Positions 19,492 to 29,846 of a stretch of 37,212 nucleotides of DNA are shown piece after piece (within the stretch, counting starts at the first letter, position 1; the number at the start of each line of letters is the position of its first letter). Below the pieces are notes generated by a model. The model was given only the letters and a program-made list of their open reading frames with translations. It did not search any database and was not told the origin of the DNA. Position numbers and translations under genes: made by a program. The DNA is taken from NCBI GenBank assembly GCA_012517635.1, contig JAAYUP010000058.1, positions 1-37,212 of the forward strand. Direction: 5' to 3'. This stretch comes from Candidatus Atribacter alterifermentans (GTDB lineage: Bacteria; Atribacterota; Atribacteria; Atribacterales; Atribacteraceae).

Positions 19492-21006
19492 ATGGATAAA
19501 TCAATAATTTTAGAAGCGCGAGATATCGTAAAAAACTTTCCTGGAGTTCGAGCTCTTGATGGAGTTCAATTTCAACTACAGAAGGGCGAAGTCCATGCTC
19601 TGGTGGGTGAAAATGGAGCCGGGAAAAGCACTTTAATGCACATCTTAGGAGGAGCGTATAAACCTGATAGTGGAGATGTATTCATCGAGGGCAAGAAAGT
19701 TAAATTACAAAATCCATACCATGCATCTCAGGAGGGGATAAGCGTTGTTTATCAGGAATTGAGTTTAGTACAGAATCTTTCAATCGCTGAAAATATTTTT
19801 GCCAATCGTCAGCCTCTTAAGCGTATGAAACTGGTTGATTGGAGTCTTTTGTATCAAAAAACATTAGAAATATTAAAATATTTTGATTTGGTGATTGATC
19901 CTCGTACTCCAGTAAAAGAATTGTCGGTTGCTGAGCAGCAAGTCGTTGAAATTCTTAAAGCAATTTCCTGTAATCCAAAAGTACTCATACTGGATGAGCC
20001 AACTTCTTCATTAACCCAGGTAGAAACCAAACTTCTTTTTAAGAATATTCAGTTTTTAAAAGAAAAAGGAGTATCTTTTGTTTATATTTCTCATCATCTT
20101 CAAGAAATATTTGAAATCGCTGATCGGGTAACTATTTTTAGAGACGGAAAATATATTGATACTCGGAACATTTCTGAAGTAAATGAAGAACAGGTTGTAA
20201 AGCTCATGGTAGGTCGAGAAATTCAAAATATGTATGGAGATCGGAATGCGAAAATTGGTGAGGAATATTTTCAGGTTGAAAATCTCTCTCAAGATGGGGT
20301 CTTCACTGAAATATCTTTTTCTTTGAAAAGAGGAGAAATATTAGGAATAGCTGGATTAGTTGGAGCGGGAAGGACAGAGTTAGTCAGAGCAATATTTGGC
20401 TTAGAGCCATTTTCTGAGGGAAGTATAAGACTTAATGGGAAGGTTTTGTCAATACATTCTCCCAGAGATGCCATTCAAGAAGGAATTGCTTACTTAACAG
20501 AGGATAGAAAACAACAGGGTCTTTTTTTAAAAATGAGTTATCGTGAAGACTTGATAGCACCAGATATGAAGCGTTTTATAAAGGGTATGAATATTCTTGA
20601 TGAAAGTAAAATAACTACTTTTGCTGAACAATCACGAAAACAATTTAAAATTATTACTCCAACAATTTTTCAAAAAGTCAGAAATCTTTCAGGTGGAAAT
20701 CAGCAGAAAGTATTGTTATCTATGTGGGTGGGAATTAACCCGAAAGTTTTAATTGTTGATGAACCGACCCGAGGGGTTGATGTAGGAGCCCGAAGAGAAA
20801 TCTATAAAATTATGCGAGACTTAACCTTATCAGGTGTTGGAATTGTTATGATATCATCTGATTTACCCGAAGTTTTAGGTGTAAGTGATCGCATTCTGGT
20901 AATGAGGGGTGGACGTATTGTTGGAGAATTTAATCAAAATGAAGCAACCGAAGAAAGAGTCATTACTTGTGCTACAGGTGTAGGGAAAGTGAACATGCTA
21001 ACTTGA
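19492..21006 (+). CDS. Sugar ABC transporter ATP-binding protein (RbsA/MglA-like)
   Basis: GENGAGKST, LDEPTSSL, ISH, LSGGNQQKV, DEPTRGVDVGA. Confidence 0.95.
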   Translation: MDKSIILEARDIVKNFPGVRALDGVQFQLQKGEVHALVGENGAGKSTLMHILGGAYKPDSGDVFIEGKKVKLQNPYHASQEGISVVYQELSLVQNLSIAENIFANRQPLKRMKLVDWSLLYQKTLEILKYFDLVIDPRTPVKELSVAEQQVVEILKAISCNPKVLILDEPTSSLTQVETKLLFKNIQFLKEKGVSFVYISHHLQEIFEIADRVTIFRDGKYIDTRNISEVNEEQVVKLMVGREIQNMYGDRNAKIGEEYFQVENLSQDGVFTEISFSLKRGEILGIAGLVGAGRTELVRAIFGLEPFSEGSIRLNGKVLSIHSPRDAIQEGIAYLTEDRKQQGLFLKMSYREDLIAPDMKRFIKGMNILDESKITTFAEQSRKQFKIITPTIFQKVRNLSGGNQQKVLLSMWVGINPKVLIVDEPTRGVDVGARREIYKIMRDLTLSGVGIVMISSDLPEVLGVSDRILVMRGGRIVGEFNQNEATEERVITCATGVGKVNMLT

Positions 21007-21030
21007 GAAAACCCATAAAGGAGAAATCGA

Positions 21031-22011
21031 ATGAGTCAACTAGAGCAAACCAAAAATCATCGAAACCTATGGCGAAGCCTAACTGAAATTCATGAATTCA
21101 TGATTTTATTTATTATTATTGGTGCTGTAATCCTTATGACTATATTGTCACCGATATTCTTTACTTCAGGAAATGTCCTGGCTACTCTTTTAAGCCTATC
21201 GATCGAAAGTATCATTGCTATTGGAATGACAGTTTTAATGGTTTCAGGCGGATTTGATATGTCTGTAGGTTCAACAGTTGGTTTTACCGGGGCAATGGCA
21301 GCAATGCTAATGACTAGGGGAATACCAGTTATTTTAGCAATTTTGGTGGGAATAGGCTTAGGAGTTTTAATTGGAATGGGTAATGGCTTGATTATATCAA
21401 AAGTTGGGATAAATCCATTCATTACGACTTTAGGAATGCTTAATTTAGTTCGAGGTCTCTTGTTGGTGATAACCAAAGGGAAAAATATTACTGGTCTTCC
21501 TGATTCTTTTAAAATGTTAGGCCAGGGTAAAATTTTTAATGTTCAGTACCCAATTCTGATCGCCATTATTTTAGTTATTATAGGAGATTTTTTACTCCGT
21601 AAATCTCAATTCTTTCGGCAAAATTATTATATTGGTGGTAATGAAAGAGCGGCTTTGTTATCGGGAATTAATGTTAGTAAAATGAAAGTATTTAATTATG
21701 CCCTTACCGGTGGATTAGCAGCGTTTGCTGGTATCATTATGACCGCTCGCTTAGGAGCGGCATCGGTATCGGCGGGTACCGGTTTGGAGCTCAGGGTTAT
21801 TTCGGCAGTTATTATTGGTGGTGCCAGCTTACAGGGTGGAGAGGGTACAGTTGCCGGTGCTTTTTTGGGGACCCTTTTAATGGCTTTAATTCAGAATTCT
21901 CTGACTCTTTTAGGGGTAGATGTTTACTGGAACACTTTTGTTATCGGAACAACTCTTTTAGTTGCAGTGATGATTGATACTTTAAGCAAAAAGAAAAAAG
22001 GCCTTTTATAA
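21031..22011 (+). CDS. Sugar ABC transporter permease (RbsC-like)
   Basis: GGFDMSVGS, PFITTLG, IGGNERAA.LSGI, AVIIGGASL.GG.G. Confidence 0.95.
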   Translation: MSQLEQTKNHRNLWRSLTEIHEFMILFIIIGAVILMTILSPIFFTSGNVLATLLSLSIESIIAIGMTVLMVSGGFDMSVGSTVGFTGAMAAMLMTRGIPVILAILVGIGLGVLIGMGNGLIISKVGINPFITTLGMLNLVRGLLLVITKGKNITGLPDSFKMLGQGKIFNVQYPILIAIILVIIGDFLLRKSQFFRQNYYIGGNERAALLSGINVSKMKVFNYALTGGLAAFAGIIMTARLGAASVSAGTGLELRVISAVIIGGASLQGGEGTVAGAFLGTLLMALIQNSLTLLGVDVYWNTFVIGTTLLVAVMIDTLSKKKKGLL

Positions 22012-22052
22012 AAAACCTTATAGAAAAATAGCTTAATTCAAGGAGAATATGA

Positions 22053-23189
22053 ATGAATACCTCAGAAAGATATCGAGAGAGAAATTTTCGTTCAGAAAAA
22101 CGCATCAGAGAAGCGTTTCAATTTAAAAACCAGGAGTCACCTTATATTATTTACGACGTAAACTATTGGTTATTTGGCGCTTTACAGGAGGAAATTCCTG
22201 AAGGATATTGTAGCGAAGATCCTTCAATTATGACCAATTACCAAGCTCAAAAAATCGAAATCCATATGCGGGAATATCAAGATGTTTACATTCCTTTTTT
22301 AATGCCTTGGTTTGGAACCGGCGTTCTTGCTTCAGGATTTGGTATAGATGTTAAATTCATGGACAAAATGGATCCAGCTGTTGATTTGCCAACCATTCAA
22401 GACGTTCAGCAAATTCGAGATTTAAAAAAGCCGGATCCTTTGAAAGATGGGCTCATGCCTCGGGTTCTCAATACAATCCGATACATGCGAGAAAACACTG
22501 ATTTTCCTGTAGGGGTTACCGATTGCCAGGGGCCACTGACGACCGCTTTGCAGATTATCGGATACGATAAAATGATTTATTGGATGCATGATCATCCGGA
22601 GATGATTCATGATTTGATGCAACTGGTTACTGACTCTTTGATTGAATGGATTCGTGTTCAAAAAGAGATTGCTGGTCAAAGCCGGGACGATGATGCCTAT
22701 GTATTAGGTGTAAAAATCCCTGGAGGCATTGGAGGAGTTTGGATTTCTGATGACGATTCGGTTATTTTTGGAAAAGATCTTTATCGGGAATTTGTAGTTC
22801 CTTATAATAGTCAGGTTCTTGAAGCTTTTGGGGGAGGAGTTATTCATTTTTGTGGCTGTGCAAATCAACATATTGAAAACTTTCTTTCAACCCGTGGGTT
22901 GAAAGCTATTCATAACCTCAACTTAGATCATCTTGATGAAGCTGCTCGCCTTCGTCACGCGCTTGCCGAAAAAAAACTGGTTTATATGGTCGGAGATTTT
23001 AATCTTGAGGATAATCGAATTGATCATTATTACCAACAATTATTTCAAAAAATGGGCTCACAAGGGCTCATAGTGATTTCATATATTGCTCCGGCTCTAT
23101 CTCTCCAAGAGGGTCAATATATAGATACTCGCCGTGACCCCGGTATTGGGAAGCGGATTGAACAATCTATTCAAAAATACAATCATTGA
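22053..23189 (+). CDS. Uroporphyrinogen decarboxylase-family (methyltransferase-like) protein
   Basis: D.QGPLTTA, W..D.PE..H, SDDD......Y.EFV.PY, IHFCG. Confidence 0.75.
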   Translation: MNTSERYRERNFRSEKRIREAFQFKNQESPYIIYDVNYWLFGALQEEIPEGYCSEDPSIMTNYQAQKIEIHMREYQDVYIPFLMPWFGTGVLASGFGIDVKFMDKMDPAVDLPTIQDVQQIRDLKKPDPLKDGLMPRVLNTIRYMRENTDFPVGVTDCQGPLTTALQIIGYDKMIYWMHDHPEMIHDLMQLVTDSLIEWIRVQKEIAGQSRDDDAYVLGVKIPGGIGGVWISDDDSVIFGKDLYREFVVPYNSQVLEAFGGGVIHFCGCANQHIENFLSTRGLKAIHNLNLDHLDEAARLRHALAEKKLVYMVGDFNLEDNRIDHYYQQLFQKMGSQGLIVISYIAPALSLQEGQYIDTRRDPGIGKRIEQSIQKYNH

Positions 23190-23269
23190 AAATAAAATTG
23201 AGTTATCAATTCTAAGGAAAAATATATTTAGAAGAAAAAATTGCATTGTTTAATTGAAGGAGAGTAAAA

Positions 23270-24187
23270 ATGCCGCAATTTGATGTTGTAGGAGTTGGGC
23301 ATGTCGCCCTTGATAATTTAGGAATTGTTGAAGCCTATCCCCAACTTGATCAACGGATTCGTCTAAAAGATTTTCTACGTCAGGGTGGTGGGGAAGTAGC
23401 TACTGCTCTGGTAACATTGGCTCGTTTAGGTGCAAAAGTTTCTTTTATTGGGAAAGTGGGTGATGATGAGGCAGGGGAATTTCTCTCTAAGGAGTTTCTT
23501 CAAGAAGGAGTAGATATTAGCCATCTGGTTAAGGAAAAGGGAAAAATAAGCCTGACCGCCTTTTGTATCATTGATCAAAAAAGTGGGAAAAGAACTATTT
23601 TTTGGTATAAAAATCTAACTCCCTTAAGGCTTGATGAAATCGATCCCGATTTTCTTTGTCAGGGGAAAATACTTCATTTAGATGCCCATGAACCGGAAAC
23701 TGCTTATGATGTCGCTCGATACTTTCGTGAACATACTGAAGGAAGAAGGATTGTTTTGGATATCGATGACTGGGATGAACCAAGAAAAAAGATAGTGGCT
23801 TTAACTGATGTTTTAATAGGATCGGAAACTTTTGCTAAAAATTTTCATCCCACTAATCCAAATATCGCCTTAGAAGAGGTGGCTACTTTCGGTCCACAAA
23901 TTGTAATTTTAACTCAGGGAGAAAAAGGTTGTATGGGAAAGGTCGGCAAAGAAATCTTTCAAATCCCTGGATACCAAGTTGATATAATTGATACAACCGG
24001 ATGTGGCGATGTTTTTCACGGCGCTTTTGTATTCGGTCTTTTGAAAGAATGGGATATTCTTTATACAGCTCGTTTTGCGAATGCCGTTGCTGCCCTAAAG
24101 TGTACTCAATTAGGAGGGCGTACGGGAATTCCCAATTTGGCACAAGTTCAGGAATTTATAGAAAAATATAAAAATTCAAAAAAATAA
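23270..24187 (+). CDS. PfkB/ribokinase-family carbohydrate kinase
   Basis: GGG.VATA.V.LARLG, GKVGDD, T.GEKG, DTTGCGDVFHGAF, ANAVAA. Confidence 0.92.
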   Translation: MPQFDVVGVGHVALDNLGIVEAYPQLDQRIRLKDFLRQGGGEVATALVTLARLGAKVSFIGKVGDDEAGEFLSKEFLQEGVDISHLVKEKGKISLTAFCIIDQKSGKRTIFWYKNLTPLRLDEIDPDFLCQGKILHLDAHEPETAYDVARYFREHTEGRRIVLDIDDWDEPRKKIVALTDVLIGSETFAKNFHPTNPNIALEEVATFGPQIVILTQGEKGCMGKVGKEIFQIPGYQVDIIDTTGCGDVFHGAFVFGLLKEWDILYTARFANAVAALKCTQLGGRTGIPNLAQVQEFIEKYKNSKK

Positions 24188-24245
24188 CTTAATTGAGAGA
24201 TTAAAAAATCTTTTTGAAAAATAACAACCATACCTTAAAAAGCGG

Positions 24246-24511
24246 TTATTTTATGATTAATGGTTTAAGAAATTCAACGGCCTTTTCACAACCATCTTCC
24301 CCTGACATCACCGGATCTTCGTGTTCAAAAGAGAGAACATAATTATACCCAACACTTAATAAGGCACTCATAACCTTTTTCCACTTTACCTCACCCCAAC
24401 CAGGATCACGAAAGCGAAAACCATGACCGGTCTTATCTAAGAGCCGGTGAGGATAACTCCTGAACATCGGGCTTCGTCTTCCTTTATTTCCGTATCTTTG
24501 GCATAATTCTG
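24246..24511 (-). pseudogene. C-terminal remnant of a sugar phosphate isomerase/epimerase, frameshifted
   Basis: FRDPGWGEVKW...GYNYVLSFEHED lies in one frame and the YAKDTEI (HxKD-like) segment in a neighbouring frame. Most of the N-terminal barrel is absent. Confidence 0.75.
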
Positions 24512-25498
24512 TCACCATCTTTTTCTCCTTCCAGTATAGGCGATCACCAATATTAAAAGGAGCAAGCCAAAAGTAATCTGTCGAACAGCTTCAGTAGTTC
24601 GGAGGGCAACTAAGATGCTGTTAAGGGTGGTAAGAATGATGCAACCAGTTACTGCGCCAATGTAATTTCCATTTCCTCCAGCCAAAGATATTCCTCCAAT
24701 AGCCAGAGAGGCTATAGAGGGCATGGTATAGGTTGCGCCGAGATTGAGGTAAGGAGTCCCAGTATAGCTCAGCAAGAAGAGACCGGCTAAAGCTGCAATA
24801 GCACCACAAATCCCATATACGAAAACTCGGAACCGTTTAACCCGAACTCCACTCAGTTCCGCAGTCAAACTATTGGATCCAACCCCATAAAGGAGAATGC
24901 CCCATTTGGTTTTTTTAAGAATAAAAGAGGCAATGATTATTAACAATACCCATAATAGAATCAGATAAGGAATATTAAAAATTTTTCCATTTCCAATCGT
25001 TTCTAATAAGGGCGGAGCATTCCCGGTTGGGAACCCCTTGGTTATGATAAGTGAAGTACCTTCTACAACACTAGCCATAGCTAAAGTCATAATAATCGGA
25101 GGAATTTCAATATATGAGATAGCTAATCCGCTCATTAATCCAAATGCTAAGCCAACTGCGGGTGTAAAAAAGAGTGCTTTAGGAATATTTATATTTTGTC
25201 CGTTGAGGAAAAATGCGGATAAAACTACACCTATTGAGAGAATAGAACCTACCGATAAATCAATGCCTTCATTTCCTGATAAAACGACTAAAGTTTGCCC
25301 TAAAGCGACAATGCCCAAAAAAACCGAAAGCCGAAGAACTGACATCACATGAGAAAAACTAATGAAACCGGGAAGAATAATTTCTCCAAAAACAAATAAA
25401 AGAATGATTGCATAAAAAGATATGGCCAATTGAGAAAACAAAATTTCTTTTAGTATTGTTTTGTCTGATTTCAAAATTAAAGAATTATTGTTGTTCAT
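24512..25498 (-). CDS. Sugar ABC transporter permease
   Basis: GIDLSVG, P.I.TLA, GSN...AELSG, IGGISLAGG.G. Confidence 0.93.
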   Translation of the reverse strand: MNNNNSLILKSDKTILKEILFSQLAISFYAIILLFVFGEIILPGFISFSHVMSVLRLSVFLGIVALGQTLVVLSGNEGIDLSVGSILSIGVVLSAFFLNGQNINIPKALFFTPAVGLAFGLMSGLAISYIEIPPIIMTLAMASVVEGTSLIITKGFPTGNAPPLLETIGNGKIFNIPYLILLWVLLIIIASFILKKTKWGILLYGVGSNSLTAELSGVRVKRFRVFVYGICGAIAALAGLFLLSYTGTPYLNLGATYTMPSIASLAIGGISLAGGNGNYIGAVTGCIILTTLNSILVALRTTEAVRQITFGLLLLILVIAYTGRRKRW

Positions 25499-25516
25499 TG
25501 TTAACCTGCCCTGGTT

Positions 25517-26488
25517 TTAAAGTGAACGGGTTTTCAGATATTTTGGAATAGCTCCTACCGCAAGGGAGAAAATAATTATAATTCCTTTCATAAATTCTTG
25601 ATAAAAAGAGGTTATATTCGCAAAATAAAGAACATTAATGAGAAGTCCAAGAATCAATCCACCCATAATTGGTCCAACAATACTCCCTTTTCCACCGGAG
25701 AATGAGAGGCCTCCAATAATGGAAGCAGCAACAGAGTTTAGGCTAAAACTAAGGCCACTACGAGCATCCCCGGTGGCAGTTTGAGCAACCACACAAATAG
25801 ATGCTAAAGCGATAAAAATACCACTTAACAAAAAAACCTTAATTTTTGTAAGGAATACGTTGACACCGTTGGCATAGGCAGCTTCTTCGTTCCCTCCCAC
25901 GGCATAAATATGTTTATAAAATCTGGTTTTACTCATGAAAAAGAGGAAGCAAAAAGCTCCGATAAGAAAAAGAAGAACCACTGGAAAACCTGGGAAGAGG
26001 TCGCTTCGATACATTTTACTAAAATGACTTGGTATATAACCTCCGGGCGTTGGCATAAAAAAGAGAGCAATTCCAAACCAAAGCACTGAGGTCGCATAAG
26101 TGGTTAGAAGAGGAGGAGGACCGAAATAACTAATGATAAAACCATTAATAAAGCACATTAAAAGCGCCAATCCTGACCCGATAAGCACGACGATGAACAT
26201 ACTGAATAATGAATCACCCATAAGAGATGCCATGAGCACAGTTATCAAAGATATAGTAGCACCTAAAGAAAGATCAACACAGCCGACTAAAATGACTAAT
26301 CCTTGAGCAACAGCAGTTAAAATGAGAGGAGCAAAGGTAAGCAAATTTGATTTAAAAGCTCGATAAGTAAAGAAGTTGTGTTGAAGGAAAGCATTAAGAA
26401 TAATAATGGCAATTAAAATGAGGAAGCTTGGGAAAGAAGGATTTTGGTATATAACTTTCCATTTTAGTCGATTTTTCATTTGTACCAA
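25517..26488 (-). CDS. Sugar ABC transporter permease
   Basis: VDLSLGA, YAVGGNEEAAY.NG, IIGG.SF.GGKG. The start could be 26479. Confidence 0.93.
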   Translation of the reverse strand: MVQMKNRLKWKVIYQNPSFPSFLILIAIIILNAFLQHNFFTYRAFKSNLLTFAPLILTAVAQGLVILVGCVDLSLGATISLITVLMASLMGDSLFSMFIVVLIGSGLALLMCFINGFIISYFGPPPLLTTYATSVLWFGIALFFMPTPGGYIPSHFSKMYRSDLFPGFPVVLLFLIGAFCFLFFMSKTRFYKHIYAVGGNEEAAYANGVNVFLTKIKVFLLSGIFIALASICVVAQTATGDARSGLSFSLNSVAASIIGGLSFSGGKGSIVGPIMGGLILGLLINVLYFANITSFYQEFMKGIIIIFSLAVGAIPKYLKTRSL

Positions 26489-26519
26489 CTACCCTATAAT
26501 AAATTTCTTTTTTATTGAG

Positions 26520-28034
26520 TTATTGTACTCGTAGCGAACAAGCAATTAAATTTTCTTCGCAGATTCCATCACCACAAATTTCTTCAACAATTTGTCCTTC
26601 AAAAACTATTAAAACACGATCACAATTCGCAATTAGTTCTTCATTATCACTGGCATAAAGCAAGACTGAAACACCTTGATTGGATAAATCTGCAATTATT
26701 TTATAAAGATTTCTTCTGGTTTCGATATCAACTCCCTTAGTTGGATCATTTAGTAATAAAATTTTAGGAGAAAGAGATAACCATTTGCCGACGACAACTT
26801 TTTGTTGGTTCCCACCACTGAGATGAGAGGTTAATTTTCTTGGGTCGGGAGGTATGAGTGATATCGTTTGGATTGCTGTCGAGACTGTTTGATACAGATC
26901 TTTTAAGGGGAGAAGGAACCTTTGCTTTTTCAGTGCAACCTGAGGATAAATAAGATTGGTGAAAACATTATGATTAAGAAAAAGTCCTTCTTTTTGACGG
27001 TCACCTGGTACTAAAAAAATTCCACGCTCGATTGCTTGACTAGGGTTTTTGATGAACACTTCTTGATTGTTCATTTTAATTTTCCCAGAGGTTTTTTTCA
27101 GATAGCCAGATAGGATGAGAAGGATTTCTTCTTGACCTTGACCATTCAAACCCCCTAATCCAACGATTTCTCCTTCTCGAATTTTGAAAGAAACATGATG
27201 GAGTTTTTCTTTTTTTGAAAGATTATCCACTTCTAAAACAATTTGATGACTTTCAAAGCTTCGATAAGGCCGTTTTTCGTGGATGTTTTTTTCTTTTTCA
27301 TTTTCTTTTTTCCCAGTAATAAGTGGAATGATCAGCTTTTCATCTCTTGGTTGCTGAAGGAAATCAACTTCTCCAACGGTTTTTCCATTGCGGAACACAA
27401 CGATCCGATCGCAGATTTTGGTTATTTCCCAAATTCGATGAGAAATAAAGATTACCGATACTCGGTCTTTCCTTAATTGATTTAATTTTTCAAATAATAT
27501 TTCAACTTGTTTGAAACCCAAAGAAGCAGTTGGCTCGTCAAGAATTAAAATTTTTGGATGACGGGAAAAGGCTTTAACGATTTCTAAGAGTTGCTTTTCT
27601 GAGGGGGCCAATTGGGATACTTTATCATATGGTGAAATATTGACCTTCAGTTCCTGAAGAGCTTTAATTGCTTTATTGAGAGCTTCTTCTTTTTTAAGAA
27701 TTCCTAAGGAGGTTGTGGACTCTCTTCCCAAATTGATATTTTCCCAAACCGTCATTTCCGGTATCAGACTGAGATTCTGATGAACCATCGAGATCTCAAG
27801 TCTTTCGGCTTCAAGGCGTGATTTTAAATGAATTAGGGACCCATAAAGGTAGAGCTGACCAGAATCAGGATGGATGAGGCCACTGATTATTCGTGCAAAG
27901 GTCGTTTTACCAGAACCGTTCGCTCCAACAAGGCCACAAATTTCTCCTTGGTTAAGAGTAAAATTAGCATCAGAGAGAGCGACTACCCCATCAAAACTTT
28001 TTTTTAGGTTTTTTGCTTCAAGAATGAACGACAT
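26520..28034 (-). CDS. Sugar ABC transporter ATP-binding protein
   Basis: GANGSGKTT, LDEPTASL, ISHR, LSGGNQQKV, NDPTKGVD. Confidence 0.95.
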   Translation of the reverse strand: MSFILEAKNLKKSFDGVVALSDANFTLNQGEICGLVGANGSGKTTFARIISGLIHPDSGQLYLYGSLIHLKSRLEAERLEISMVHQNLSLIPEMTVWENINLGRESTTSLGILKKEEALNKAIKALQELKVNISPYDKVSQLAPSEKQLLEIVKAFSRHPKILILDEPTASLGFKQVEILFEKLNQLRKDRVSVIFISHRIWEITKICDRIVVFRNGKTVGEVDFLQQPRDEKLIIPLITGKKENEKEKNIHEKRPYRSFESHQIVLEVDNLSKKEKLHHVSFKIREGEIVGLGGLNGQGQEEILLILSGYLKKTSGKIKMNNQEVFIKNPSQAIERGIFLVPGDRQKEGLFLNHNVFTNLIYPQVALKKQRFLLPLKDLYQTVSTAIQTISLIPPDPRKLTSHLSGGNQQKVVVGKWLSLSPKILLLNDPTKGVDIETRRNLYKIIADLSNQGVSVLLYASDNEELIANCDRVLIVFEGQIVEEICGDGICEENLIACSLRVQ

Positions 28035-28049
28035 GAATTGAATCCAGTA

Positions 28050-28088
28050 TTTAAGTTCAGGGCTGGTTATACCAGCCCTGAACTTAAA
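28050..28088 (-). terminator. Long hairpin between the SBP and ATPase genes
   Basis: TTTAAGTTCAGGGCTGGT-TAT-ACCAGCCCTGAACTTAAA perfect 18-bp stem. Confidence 0.75.
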
Positions 28089-28101
28089 ATTTTATATTTT
28101 G

Positions 28102-29148
28102 TTATTCGAAGAGAGCGTCAAGTTCTTCTTGGGTATACCAGGAATTCACGTAATAGGAATCAGCCCAGTCTTTATATTGTTCATAAATTTCATCAATATT
28201 ATTATTATCAACAATGAGATTGGGTTTCATGTAAATAATGTGACCATTGACTAAGACTTCATCTTTCAGCTTTTTCCCTTGTAAAAGTCGCAAACCAATG
28301 CCGAGGGCATTGTTAACATAACCTGGAGGATTTACGATTCCAACTGTATCAAAACCAGTGGAGTCTTTCATTTCTTTCCATTTTTTAATAAAAGCTATTT
28401 GGGTTTCACCAGTGATCACTGGAATTTCTCTTCCGGCGGCTTCAAAGGCTCGAATAATCCCCAAAGACATTCCATCTTGGGTTAGAACTCCATCTATTTG
28501 AGGGAAAGATGCCAAAAGGTCGCTCATTACTTGTTGGGCAGCTGCTTGATCCCAGTTTCCATTTGCCTTCGCTAAGACTTTAATATCAGGATATTTGGCC
28601 AATACCTTTTCGGCGGATAAGTCTCTTTCGATGTTTCCGGGCTGATCGGCAATTCCACTGATATATACTATATTTCCTTTTCCACCAAGCTTTTCACAAA
28701 ACCATTCAGTTAGAGGGGCCATCCACCAATCTTGATTCATAAAAACATCAAGAACTTTTTCATTATCAATTGGCATGTCATATACAACAACTGTGATCCC
28801 TGCTTCTTGAGCTTCTTCCATGACTGGATTTAGGGCTGTTGAAGAATTCGGGTTAATGAGTAACAAGTCAACATCGGAAGAAATAAGATTACGAATTTGG
28901 GCAATCTGGGTATTAACATCGGGACCGGCATTTTGGATGATCAGCTTGTCAACCAACCCTTGTTCTTTGTAAAACTCGAATTCCTGTTGAACGCTTTCAA
29001 TCATCTGTACACGCCAGCTATGGGTAAAGGGGCCATTACTCAAACCGACCGTGTATGGGGGTCCTCCTTCCTGAGCAAACACTCCGAAAGCAAAGGATAG
29101 AACAAAAATCAGAGGAATAAATAACCATATTTTTCTTTTTTTTATCAT
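28102..29148 (-). CDS. Sugar ABC transporter substrate-binding protein
   Basis: Signal peptide (KKRK...VFA-QE), GLSN....SWR.QM, QIAQI.NLI, LLINP; ATG after GGAGGGAG. Confidence 0.9.
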   Translation of the reverse strand: MIKKRKIWLFIPLIFVLSFAFGVFAQEGGPPYTVGLSNGPFTHSWRVQMIESVQQEFEFYKEQGLVDKLIIQNAGPDVNTQIAQIRNLISSDVDLLLINPNSSTALNPVMEEAQEAGITVVVYDMPIDNEKVLDVFMNQDWWMAPLTEWFCEKLGGKGNIVYISGIADQPGNIERDLSAEKVLAKYPDIKVLAKANGNWDQAAAQQVMSDLLASFPQIDGVLTQDGMSLGIIRAFEAAGREIPVITGETQIAFIKKWKEMKDSTGFDTVGIVNPPGYVNNALGIGLRLLQGKKLKDEVLVNGHIIYMKPNLIVDNNNIDEIYEQYKDWADSYYVNSWYTQEELDALFE

Positions 29149-29846
29149 GTTTCTCCCTCCCAAAAAAACTTACTTATAATTTCCCAAGAAGTCTAATATT
29201 TAGGATGCTTATTTTTTGTAGAATATCACCTCCTCAAATTTTGACAGCAATTCATTTTAAGTCTTGTGTTCAAAGGGTAAAAATCAACTCATATTTTTCG
29301 TTTATAAAGGTTTTAGAAAAAAAAGAAGAGTGATAGCATAAATGAGTCACATTTATTACCCCGCTTATCAAAAGATAAAGAATTACTTTATTTTACCCTT
29401 GAATCATTTATATTATAGAAAGAATTGTGAGTCAATATGTGATAATTATAACATTTATAAGAAAATATACTATTTAAAAAAATTTACCTAAAGATTATAA
29501 CCGTTTTTAGTGAGAAAGTATTTTAAATGATGTGTAAGGAATCCTAATTTGAAGTTGAAGAAAAAGCCCTTTTTCTTCCAAAAAAGACTAAATAATTTCT
29601 TTTGTTCTGAGATACTCATAAATTTTCAATATAAAATTCTTATTTTAATCGGAATAATTCATAATTATTTGAAAATTCCTTTTTGAGTTTCTTTTTTAAT
29701 TATGATGTGATTCCAATCTCAAAGTCATTTATTTTTAAAGCGAAAAGAAACATCATTTAAAAAATATCGATAGAGATAGTAAACCTTAGTTGCGAGTGAA
29801 AAACATTTTGATACAATAAAAAAAAGGAAATTGAGGAGGGGTTCCA

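Noticed and set aside
26520-26830. Second Walker B of the ATPase reads NDPT
   Set aside because: The second NBD of fused sugar ATPases is often degenerate, and the first NBD is canonical.
29165-29846. Long AT-rich intergenic region as ncRNA, origin or CRISPR
   Set aside because: No regular repeats or convincing stable structure; there is only a loose inverted pair (TTCAAAGGGTAAAA / TTTTACCCTTGAA). Best explained as divergent promoters.
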